A DNA stretch of 10,278 nt from Deltaproteobacteria bacterium (GTDB lineage: Bacteria; SAR324; NAC60-12), in NCBI GenBank assembly GCA_038150265.1, contig JAYOTF010000063.1, forward strand, positions 1 to 10,278, given 5' to 3'. The notes under the pieces were generated by a model that saw only the letters and a program-made list of their open reading frames with translations, did no database searches and was not told the origin of the DNA. How positions within the stretch are numbered: position 1 is the stretch's first letter; every line of letters starts with the position of its first letter. Shown here piece after piece: positions 1 to 7,048 of the stretch. Made by a program: the position numbers and the translations under genes.

Positions 1-821
1 GCATCTTCAGCAGCCGCATCGACCGCGCTGCTGACTTCATCAAGGACTTCATCCAGGTTCAGTTCGATCTCAGGGCCAGCCACAGCGGGGGCATCGGTTT
101 CTGCACCAGCAGGATCTGCTCCGCCGGTTTCCTGCCCAGCCACAGCGGCTTCAACGTCTGGAGCCGGTGGAAACGTGATGGTGTCAAAGGCATCATCCCC
201 GCCTCCTTCAGCAAGCGAGTTCTGCACCTCTGGAGGGACCGAAACAGGAGGCGTCGGGGCCTTCCCCTCTTCCAACTGGCTGGCTTCTCCGGCTCCCACC
301 TCCACCTGAAGATCCGGGAGCGCGACCGGAGCCACGTTCACTTTTCCAGCAAGGGTGATGAGTCCCGTCTTCGCGGCCTGGCCAATTTTCTTGACCACGG
401 CCTTGAGGCGGAATCGCGTCCCCGTCACATTGACAAGGGACGTATTGGTCTGGACTTGAAACTGACGCTTGATCGCCCGGTCGGGGTCCACTTCAAACTG
501 GGCATCGCCAACGGGCATGAACAGCTTGGTGGCTTGCTCATCGAGGGTGCTCACGGTGAGCAACGTGCCCGAGCGCATCTTAATGATCTCCTCTCCACCT
601 CGGAGGGAGATTTCCGCCTGAGTTCCCGTGCCCGCTTGCATCTGCTCTCCCACGAGCAGTTTGATTTCGAGCGGGTTCTGGGGGTCGTTGTGGGTCAAAA
701 AGCGGGCTTCAGTGCCGAGCTGCAGCTTGAGTCGGCCTTCGAGCAAACGGATGACTGGCTCCTGGCCCCAGGCCGCGGTGCAGGTCGTCAGCAATAGAAA
801 GAGAGAAAGCAGAGATCGCAT
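1..821 (-). CDS. Secreted FecR-domain protein with acidic Pro/Ala-rich C-terminal linker (3' end outside the window)
   Basis: Translated by hand; not in the ORF track. ATG at 821-819, open to the window edge (273 codons): MRSLLSLFLLLTTCTAAWG|QEPVIRLLEG... It has a Sec signal peptide and FecR-type motifs LFMPVGDAQFEVDPD, FQVQTNTSLVNVTGTRF (411-461) and LAGKVNV. It starts 2 nt after the TGA of the upstream gene (824-826). Confidence 0.85.
   Translation of the reverse strand, partial: MRSLLSLFLLLTTCTAAWGQEPVIRLLEGRLKLQLGTEARFLTHNDPQNPLEIKLLVGEQMQAGTGTQAEISLRGGEEIIKMRSGTLLTVSTLDEQATKLFMPVGDAQFEVDPDRAIKRQFQVQTNTSLVNVTGTRFRLKAVVKKIGQAAKTGLITLAGKVNVAPVALPDLQVEVGAGEASQLEEGKAPTPPVSVPPEVQNSLAEGGGDDAFDTITFPPAPDVEAAVAGQETGGADPAGAETDAPAVAGPEIELNLDEVLDEVSSAVDAAAED
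61..150 (-). repeat. Degenerate 30-bp (10-aa) tandem repeat in the FecR-protein linker
   Basis: CCAGCCACAGCGG at 76-88 and 136-148 (60 bp apart); CGGTTTC at 95-101 and 125-131 (30 bp apart). Protein reads AVAGQETGGA / DPAGAETDAP / AVAGPEIELN. Confidence 0.6.
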
Positions 822-823
822 GG

Positions 824-2125
824 TCAAAAAATCCAGGTCAGGTTCAAAGTGTCCACGTTCTTACGATAATCCGAACCCGAGAGGTTGGTCTGCTTCACTT
901 CATACTTGTGAGAGAAGTCCAGGGTCGTGGTTCCGTGGAGGGGGTAGTTGATGGAAAAGGTCGCTGCGGTTTTGGCGCTCTTTTCCTGGATTCCGGAAGT
1001 GGCATCCGCGGCCTTGTTCTGGGTATTGGTGTACCCCAACTTGAATCCGTACTTGAGCGCCTTCATGGGCAGGCTGACCTTGACGGAGGTGTCCAACGCC
1101 GTGGAGTCGGTGCTGTCGAGGGGGGTATCCGTCGAGGTGTAACCCACAGACCAGTTCCAGGGGAGGTCCATATACTGAAAATCGAGCTTCTGTCCCAGCT
1201 GGCTCACCCGAGTGGGGTCGTCCACGCCAGGGCTCTTCTTCAGGCCATAACGCAGGGAGCTCGTCCACTTCAGCTGTTCCTCCAGCGACATCTTCAGCTT
1301 GAAGGCGGCAAAGGTTTCGTTCATCCCCTCCAGGCCGATTTCGTTGTAGCCCACTCCCAGGGTGAGGTCTCCGAGCAGCGAGGCGCTGTCATTCCAGTCG
1401 GCGCTAAATTGCCGGAACAGGATCTCCCGGGAGGTGTACTGCGGATCCCATTGGTCATCGAAGTTGACAATCCCCGTCAGCACCACAGCCGAGCTGTAGC
1501 CCGTTGCAATGTCTCCAACCCCGACCAAGGTAAAACTGCTCTTTGCAGCGACTTCGGGCTCACTTGGCACGCTGTTGACATTGTCGTCCCGCACTATTCC
1601 GACGATGTTGATGAGGGTAAACTTCGACTTCCGGGCCTTGGCCGGGTCCTGATACTGGACCTCCTCCGTCTCCAGGAAGATCTCATAGGCGTTCTCCAGC
1701 ACGCCCGCCTCCGAGTTGATCGACACCTGGAAGAGGTTCTCTCCCGGCGTCAAGCGGTAAGGCAACTCGACGGTGCTCTGGTAGGTTCTGGGCTCCAGGC
1801 GGATGGCCTTCTCGTTGATGCGAATCTCCAGCAGAGCAGAGAGGGAGCTTACGTTGAGGACCAACACCCCGTTGGGCTCCTTGGTGGCCCGGGGCGCATC
1901 GGTGTAAACCAGGATCTCTTCAGGCCCGGCGGGTTCCAGGCGCTCCTGAAAATCCCCCTTGCGCTCGCGAGCGGCCTGGAGGAGCTCCTGCGTTGGGATG
2001 CGAGACAGCTCGTCTGCTCTCTGCTGCAGGTCGGCATCCTGTGCCTGCACAGCAGGACCGGAACCCAACAGCAGGGCTCCCCAGACGATCATCCATCGTT
2101 TGATCTTGAAACAGTTCATTGGCAC
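824..2125 (-). CDS. Predicted outer-membrane beta-barrel protein with N-terminal Ig-like domain
   Basis: 433-aa ORF; true start may be ATG 2119 or ATG 2092. Signal peptide ends ...GPAVQA|Q. A beta-rich Ig-like segment (YRLTPGENLFQVSI) is followed by about 265 aa of alternating amphipathic strands starting at GIVRDDNVNS. It ends in a BamA beta-signal-like LNLTWIF with terminal Phe. Confidence 0.75.
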   Translation of the reverse strand: MPMNCFKIKRWMIVWGALLLGSGPAVQAQDADLQQRADELSRIPTQELLQAARERKGDFQERLEPAGPEEILVYTDAPRATKEPNGVLVLNVSSLSALLEIRINEKAIRLEPRTYQSTVELPYRLTPGENLFQVSINSEAGVLENAYEIFLETEEVQYQDPAKARKSKFTLINIVGIVRDDNVNSVPSEPEVAAKSSFTLVGVGDIATGYSSAVVLTGIVNFDDQWDPQYTSREILFRQFSADWNDSASLLGDLTLGVGYNEIGLEGMNETFAAFKLKMSLEEQLKWTSSLRYGLKKSPGVDDPTRVSQLGQKLDFQYMDLPWNWSVGYTSTDTPLDSTDSTALDTSVKVSLPMKALKYGFKLGYTNTQNKAADATSGIQEKSAKTAATFSINYPLHGTTTLDFSHKYEVKQTNLSGSDYRKNVDTLNLTWIF

Positions 2126-2303
2126 TCAATTAAAGTCATCATCATTTCGGATTGAACGAGAGAAGCCACCGGACCATCTGTCTCGTGAACCTGAACCCAG
2201 GCTTCACCAAAGGAACCAACGGACTCCTCCCCCATCACCTTTGCGCTTACCGCAAAAGGATCAGGCACTTTAGGAGTGGGGACACTCCAGAGCAACCGAA
2301 AAC

Positions 2304-2322
2304 GCGGTCGATTTTGGAGCGG
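2304..2322 (-). repeat. 19-bp dispersed motif, copy 1 (CCGCTCCAAAATCGACCGC on the minus strand)
   Basis: Plus strand GCGGTCGATTTTGGAGCGG is the exact reverse complement of 10228-10246. Confidence 0.9.
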
Positions 2323-2330
2323 TTTTAAAT

Positions 2331-2343
2331 TAATATATTGATT
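2331..2343 (-). promoter_or_regulatory. Candidate IHF binding site
   Basis: Minus strand AATCAATATATTA is a perfect match to WATCAANNNNTTR, embedded in an almost pure A/T tract (2323-2363). Confidence 0.55.
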
Positions 2344-2386
2344 TTATTAATTAAAAATAAAAACTAGAGGTTCATTTGGCAAGTAA

Positions 2387-2403
2387 GTCCCAATTTTCGG
2401 GAC
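2387..2403. promoter_or_regulatory. Dyad GTCCC-N7-GGGAC, candidate transcription-factor site
   Basis: GTCCC AATTTTC GGGAC: palindromic arms around an A/T core, located upstream of the IHF-like site relative to the barrel/FecR operon. Confidence 0.35.
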
Positions 2404-2704
2404 AAAAATGGGAGGGTCTTCTGAGGTCCGTGAGGGGGGCAAGCAGCGGTGTGGGAGGAGGTCCACACGCCCTCAACGGCAGGTACAGGAGGAGGCGCAA
2501 CTGAGTGGAAGCAGCGCCTGGAGCAGAAGGGGCGCCATCAGAAAGAGCTGCTGAGGCTTCAGCAAAAAAACCGGCTCACGCAAGTGCCCGCTTGGGGAAC
2601 GAGTGCTTGGGCAACCCTCCGGGAACAGGCAGCTGCTCCAGGTGAGTCACCACGAGGGGCTCAGGGAAGATTCGGGAAAGGGGCGACGCGGCAGAAACAG
2701 GGGG

Positions 2705-2791
2705 TGGTGCCCAGAGCGGGAATCGAACCCGCACGGCCATGCGGCCGAAGGATTTTAAGTCCTTTGCGTCTACCAGTTCCGCCATCCGGGC
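2705..2791 (-). tRNA. tRNA-Leu (anticodon UAA)
   Basis: GCCCGGATGGCGGAACTGGTAGACGCAAAGGACTTAAAATCCTTCGGCCGCATGGCCGTGCGGGTTCGATTCCCGCTCTGGGCACCA: 87 nt. Acceptor stem, D-arm, AAGGA-CTTAAAA-TCCTT anticodon arm, long variable arm, GGTTCGA T-loop, discriminator A and encoded CCA are all present. Confidence 0.97.
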
Positions 2792-2805
2792 AGGGGGGAG
2801 GCAGT

Positions 2806-2834
2806 ATCGTCGCCGGTTTCCGGTTCATTGTCAA
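2806..2834 (-). promoter_or_regulatory. Candidate sigma70 promoter for tRNA-Leu
   Basis: Perfect TTGACA (2834-2829), 17-nt spacer, weak -10 GACGAT (2811-2806), ending 14 nt before the tRNA 5' end. Confidence 0.5.
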
Positions 2835-3005
2835 CACTCGCTGCACCCCCCAGGGCAATCGCTGGAAACAAATGGTTGGCAGAATGGGCTGAGCGGTGGG
2901 TGGGGTGTGTGCTTTGTGGGCACCCGAGCGCAAGCGAGAAGGACGGACCTTTCGATCCGTTCATGACTCCAGCGGTGGCGCCCTTTGGGGCTCTGGCAAG
3001 AGGGG

Positions 3006-3725
3006 TCACGAGGAGCCCGAAACCGGGCGGACGCTCAGGAGCAACAGGGCCGGCAGCAGCGGTGCCACCAGCAGGGCGGTGGCTGCGGTGGTGAAGCGGT
3101 AGAAGCCTTCCAGCTCGCTCAGCGTCCAGCCGCCCTCGGGCGTGACCCAAAAGAAGCCCCAGCCGCTGCACACGAGTACCAGGGCGTAACACCCCTTGAA
3201 GGCGTGGGCCTGGGGCAGCAGCAGCCGCGCCAGCAGAAACAGCAGCCCAATCGCCCACGACAGCACGCCACTCCCCAGTCCACTGAGCAGGAGCCCCTCC
3301 GTCAGCCCCTGAAGTCCGGTCAGGGGCCACTGCAGCCAGTGGGACGCCGGCAAGATCCCCGTTCCCAGCCACGCCCCCAGCAGCGCCAGCACGTACCCCA
3401 GCCCCAGCCGCTTGAGGGGGAAGCCGTCCAGCGACCGGAAGCATTCGGCCAGGAAGCCCCACTCGGTCGGTTCCTTCACAGTGGTTGGGGCCGGAGTCGT
3501 CGGTGGCGTGAACACCAGCCCCTTGGCGTGCTGCTGCGCCTGCTCGTAGGCTTCCTGCAGGCGCAGAAACTCCTGGGTCCGGGTGGCCTTGTGCGCCTCG
3601 TCCTGTTCCGTGTCCGGGTGCTGCTCCTTGGCCCGCTTCAGGTAGGCGGACCGGATGGTTCCCAGGTCCCGGGTTCGGGCAATTCCGAGAACCTTCCAGC
3701 AGTCGGAAACAGGGGGAGCAGACAT
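3006..3725 (-). CDS. J-domain (DnaJ-like, class C) membrane protein
   Basis: N-terminal J domain: WKVLGI...IRSAYLKRAKEQHPD...FLRLQEAYE, with the HPD motif. A Pro/Thr linker follows, then about 4 hydrophobic segments (e.g. LGLGYVLALLGAWLG, VLSWAIGLLFLLA, YALVLVCSGWGFFW, ALLVAPLLPALLLL). Confidence 0.85.
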   Translation of the reverse strand: MSAPPVSDCWKVLGIARTRDLGTIRSAYLKRAKEQHPDTEQDEAHKATRTQEFLRLQEAYEQAQQHAKGLVFTPPTTPAPTTVKEPTEWGFLAECFRSLDGFPLKRLGLGYVLALLGAWLGTGILPASHWLQWPLTGLQGLTEGLLLSGLGSGVLSWAIGLLFLLARLLLPQAHAFKGCYALVLVCSGWGFFWVTPEGGWTLSELEGFYRFTTAATALLVAPLLPALLLLSVRPVSGSS

Positions 3726-3877
3726 GAACGCAATCGCGACAGGAGGTGATCAGGATTCCTCACAAGGGAGCCCTTCACCTTAAACCACTCCGGAGGGAGC
3801 CAGCAAGCGCTTCGTGCCCGCCCGCCCGGGGGGCGCCCCGCTCACTCCTCCGTCGTCACAGCGGCCAACAAGAAGTC

Positions 3878-3905
3878 TTGTGCTTCCGGGTGCAACGGGT
3901 ACGAT
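3878..3905 (+). promoter_or_regulatory. Candidate sigma70 promoter for lolD-bamA
   Basis: TTGTGC (3878-3883), 16-nt spacer, TACGAT (3900-3905), 30 nt upstream of the lolD ATG. Confidence 0.4.
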
Positions 3906-3935
3906 GGTGGAATTTCCCCTGAGCTCGTAAGGGAC

Positions 3936-4616
3936 ATGCTCATCGAAGTTGCCGGACTGCACAAAAGTTACCTGGATGGCGAGGGTCAGCCGCTCCACAT
4001 CCTGCAAGGGCTGGACTTTTCCCTGCCGCCTGAAACCACCTGTGCCATCGTGGGCGCCTCCGGAACCGGCAAGAGCACCTTCCTGCACCTCCTCGGGGCC
4101 CTGGACGAGGCCGATACCGGAAGCATCCAGTATGGAGACACCGAGCTGACGGCGCTGACGCGTGAGGAGCGGGCCCAATTCCGGAACCAGCGGCTGGGCT
4201 TCATCTTCCAGTTTCACCAGTTGCTTCAGGACTTTACGGCTCTGGAAAATGTGATGATGCCGTGCCTGATCCAGGGGCTCCGTCCTGCGCAGGCTGCCGC
4301 CCAGGCCCAGGCCCTGCTGGCTGAAGTGGGCCTGAGGGAGCGGGTGCATCACAAGCCCAGTCAGCTCTCCGGAGGCGAGCAGCAGCGGGTGGCCATTGCC
4401 CGGGCCCTCAGCAACAACCCGCAGATTGTGCTCGCCGATGAGCCCACCGGCAACCTCGACCAGGACACCGGACACCAGATTGCCGAGCTGCTCCTCCGGC
4501 TCAAGGAGGAACGGGGCACCACCTTGATCACCATCACCCATAATCCAGAACTGGCCCGTTTGATGGACCGTCGCTTCCGCATGGAAGCGGGACGGCTCCG
4601 GCCGCTTGACGACTGA
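3936..4616 (+). CDS. lolD: Lipoprotein-releasing system ABC ATPase LolD
   Basis: 226 aa. Walker A GASGTGKS, LolD-type motif LGFIFQFHQLLQDFTALENVMMP, signature LSGGEQQ, Walker B IVLADE, H-loop ITHN. Lies directly upstream of bamA. Confidence 0.88.
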   Translation: MLIEVAGLHKSYLDGEGQPLHILQGLDFSLPPETTCAIVGASGTGKSTFLHLLGALDEADTGSIQYGDTELTALTREERAQFRNQRLGFIFQFHQLLQDFTALENVMMPCLIQGLRPAQAAAQAQALLAEVGLRERVHHKPSQLSGGEQQRVAIARALSNNPQIVLADEPTGNLDQDTGHQIAELLLRLKEERGTTLITITHNPELARLMDRRFRMEAGRLRPLDD

Positions 4617-4621
4617 CCTCC

Positions 4622-7048
4622 TTGCGCACACCGCTGTCTCGCCTGCTCCCCTGCCTCTGCCTCCTGCTGATCGGATTCGCCAGCCTCACCCCCTCCGGTG
4701 CCCTGGCTCAGAGCCCGATCATCCGGGACGTCGAAATTGACGGCACCTCCGAACTGGAGGCCTCGCAGCTCCTCCTTCAGCTCGAATCCACCATCGGCGC
4801 CGACCTCGACCGGCGTCAGGTCCGCAACGACCTTCACACCATCTTTGCCACCGGCACCTTTACTGATGTCCGGGCTGAGGTGGAGCCCCTTCCGGAAAGG
4901 GACGGCTACCGCCTCCGCTTCGTGGTCCTTGAGCGTCCCCGGATCGTCTCCCTGAAGGTGGAAGGCATCCGCAAGATCTCCCGAGACGAAACCATCGGGA
5001 CCATGACGATCAAGGAGCTGGACACCTTTGACCCCGCCAAGGTTCAGGAGAACGTCCGCATCATCCGGGACGCCTACCGCAAGAAGGGCTTCAACCGGGT
5101 CACCATCACGCCTCAGGTGGTGGAGCTGAGCCCCACCGAACGGGCCCTGACCTTCTCAATCGAGGAGCAGCCCCGCGTCTTCCTCACGGACCTCTCGGTG
5201 CAGGGGTCTCGGTTTTATTCGGAACTCGACATCAAGCGCTTCATCATGAGCGCCGAAATCGACTGCACCTCCTGGATGAACAGCTCCGGAATCTTTCAGG
5301 AGGAGATGATCAACCAGGACCTGGCCCTCATTGCCCAGCAGTACCTCAAGAACGGCTACATCAAGGTCTTCATTGACAAACCGGACGTCGAGCTGGTCCA
5401 CAATGCCGACTACTCCCGGCTCTCTGTTGCCCTTCGCATCACGGAAGGCGAGCAGTACTTTACCGGCAGGGTGGAGGTCAGTGGCGACTTGATGAACAAC
5501 CGGGACGACCTGCTGGAGCAGATCCAGCTCGAGTCCGGAGCCGTTTACAACCCCTTCCTGCAGAACCAGGATCGTTCGGTCCTCACCGAGGCGTACACGG
5601 AGCGGGGCTACGCCTTTGCCCGCGTCATTCCCCGGACCACGATTCATGAAGACAACCGGACCGTAGACGTCAACTACCAGATCATCAAGGGGGAGAAGGC
5701 GTACATCGGGCGGCTGGAGATTGACGGGAACGCCGAGACGCGGGACCACGTCATCCGCCGGGAGTTTGAGGTACTGGAGGAGCAGCTCTTCAACGGCAAG
5801 AAGCTGCGGATGAGTCAGGAAAACCTGACACGGCTCGGTTTCTTTGAGCAGGGCCTGACGCTCGACCGCTCTCCCCGAGCACGAGAGGACAACGTGCTGG
5901 ACATCCTGGCCCGCCTCAAGGAAGGGCAGACGGGCTCCTTTCAGGCCCAGATTGGCTACAGTGACGTCTCGGGCTTCACCGGGGGGCTTTCGCTTTCCAA
6001 GGGGAACCTGCTGGGCACTGGACGGACCCTGCGGCTCAATGCTCAGTTTGCCGAGAAGGACGTCAGCCAGCAGTTCAGCGCCACCCTGATTGAGCCTCGC
6101 CTGCTGGGGACCCGCATCTCCAGCTCCGTCAGCGCCTCCACGAGTCAGGTGCAGGCCAACACGGCGCTGGAGCAGGGCAGCCTGACCGAAAACAGCTACG
6201 GCTTCAGCCTCGGTGTGCCCGTGTACTTCCGGAACCTGCGCTTCAGCACCTCGGTCCGGGCCCTCGACCGGCTCTACACCACTGAGACGCCCAACCTCTA
6301 CAAGCGCTCGGTCACGCCGTCCCTTGAGTGGAACTCGGTGAACCACCCCATCTTTCCCACTGCTGGCGTCAAGGCCAGTGCGTCAGTGGCTCAAACCGGC
6401 ACCCCCTTTGGCGGAAACGTCGAGTTCCGGGAGTACCAGCTCAACTACCAGCAGTTCTGGTCCCTCAACACCACAGGCACCCTGATCGTCATGGCCAAGG
6501 GGCACTACGGGCTCTTGCAGAAGACCGGAGACGCGCCCATTCCCACGGAAGACCGCTACCGCATGGGAGGCATCAACACCATCCGGGGCCACAACTACTA
6601 CGCCATCTCCGGACCCTACGGCACCAATGAGCAGTACCGGAACCAGGTCACGGAAGTCTACACCGACGAGCTGGGCTACGACGTGATCCGGACCTATGAT
6701 TCCCGCACCGCCGGGCTCACCGATGAGGAGCTCAAGCAGCTGGTTTCCGGAGGCATCATGGAGCGCCTCTTCACCACCGAGCTGCTCTTTCCCGTCAGTC
6801 AGGATGAGCGCAGCTTTGTCCGGGGGGTCGTCTTCCTTGACGCGGGAAACGTCAACGCCGAGCCCATCCAGTACACCCTCCTCCAGGAGCCTGAGCCCGC
6901 CTTCTTTGACCTGCGCCGGAGCGCCGGGTTTGGCTTCCGGGTCATCTCTCCGGTTGGGGTCCTGCGCTTCGAGTACGGATTCAAGCTCGACAAGCGCGAA
7001 GACGAGACCCCAGACCGCTTCGAGTTCACCATCAGCGGCCTGTTCTAG
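4622..7048 (+). CDS. bamA: Outer membrane protein assembly factor BamA (Omp85)
   Basis: 808 aa, TTG start, signal peptide. Five POTRA-like repeats (YRKKGF, YLKNGY, YTERGYAFARV, GNAETRDHVIRRE, LTRLGFF). Barrel strand 1 TGSFQAQIGY, NLLGTG, loop-6 motif GGINTIRGH, FLDAGNV, C-terminal SPVGVLRFEYG...FEFTISGLF. Confidence 0.95.
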   Translation: MRTPLSRLLPCLCLLLIGFASLTPSGALAQSPIIRDVEIDGTSELEASQLLLQLESTIGADLDRRQVRNDLHTIFATGTFTDVRAEVEPLPERDGYRLRFVVLERPRIVSLKVEGIRKISRDETIGTMTIKELDTFDPAKVQENVRIIRDAYRKKGFNRVTITPQVVELSPTERALTFSIEEQPRVFLTDLSVQGSRFYSELDIKRFIMSAEIDCTSWMNSSGIFQEEMINQDLALIAQQYLKNGYIKVFIDKPDVELVHNADYSRLSVALRITEGEQYFTGRVEVSGDLMNNRDDLLEQIQLESGAVYNPFLQNQDRSVLTEAYTERGYAFARVIPRTTIHEDNRTVDVNYQIIKGEKAYIGRLEIDGNAETRDHVIRREFEVLEEQLFNGKKLRMSQENLTRLGFFEQGLTLDRSPRAREDNVLDILARLKEGQTGSFQAQIGYSDVSGFTGGLSLSKGNLLGTGRTLRLNAQFAEKDVSQQFSATLIEPRLLGTRISSSVSASTSQVQANTALEQGSLTENSYGFSLGVPVYFRNLRFSTSVRALDRLYTTETPNLYKRSVTPSLEWNSVNHPIFPTAGVKASASVAQTGTPFGGNVEFREYQLNYQQFWSLNTTGTLIVMAKGHYGLLQKTGDAPIPTEDRYRMGGINTIRGHNYYAISGPYGTNEQYRNQVTEVYTDELGYDVIRTYDSRTAGLTDEELKQLVSGGIMERLFTTELLFPVSQDERSFVRGVVFLDAGNVNAEPIQYTLLQEPEPAFFDLRRSAGFGFRVISPVGVLRFEYGFKLDKREDETPDRFEFTISGLF

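Noticed and set aside
908..2155. 415-aa plus-strand ORF, and the small plus-strand ORFs at 456-797 and 628-951
   Set aside because: Antisense shadows of the barrel and FecR genes, with no recognisable motifs. Such ORFs are typical of GC-rich codon bias.
2230..2300. c-di-GMP-I riboswitch (a CGCAAA segment plus hairpins)
   Set aside because: Lacks the GNRA-capped P2 preceding GACGCAAA and the tetraloop-receptor element in the right order on either strand.
2377..2393. Sigma54 promoter TGGGACTTACTTGC upstream of the barrel operon
   Set aside because: Spacing is GG-N9-GC rather than the required N10.
2564..2592. Intrinsic terminator for tRNA-Leu (T7 tract on the minus strand)
   Set aside because: The stem preceding the T-tract pairs poorly (3 bp followed by mismatches), so it is not confidently a terminator.
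2705..2791. tRNA as the attachment site of an integrated element
   Set aside because: No integrase, no duplicated tRNA 3' end and no phage or mobile genes in the window.
2449..2966. ORFs overlapping the tRNA (2449-2892, 2576-2785, 2661-2933, 2739-2966)
   Set aside because: They overlap a complete tRNA-Leu and have no protein-like motifs.
2770..3749. Alternative-frame ORFs 2770-3462 (-) and 2985-3749 (+)
   Set aside because: They overlap the J-domain gene, which carries the HPD motif; both are low-complexity translations.
3780..4631. 283-aa minus-strand ORF
   Set aside because: Antisense to lolD, which has all the ABC motifs; a common shadow ORF of ABC ATPases.
5156..6346. 396-aa minus-strand ORF
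   Set aside because: Antisense shadow of bamA with no domain signal.
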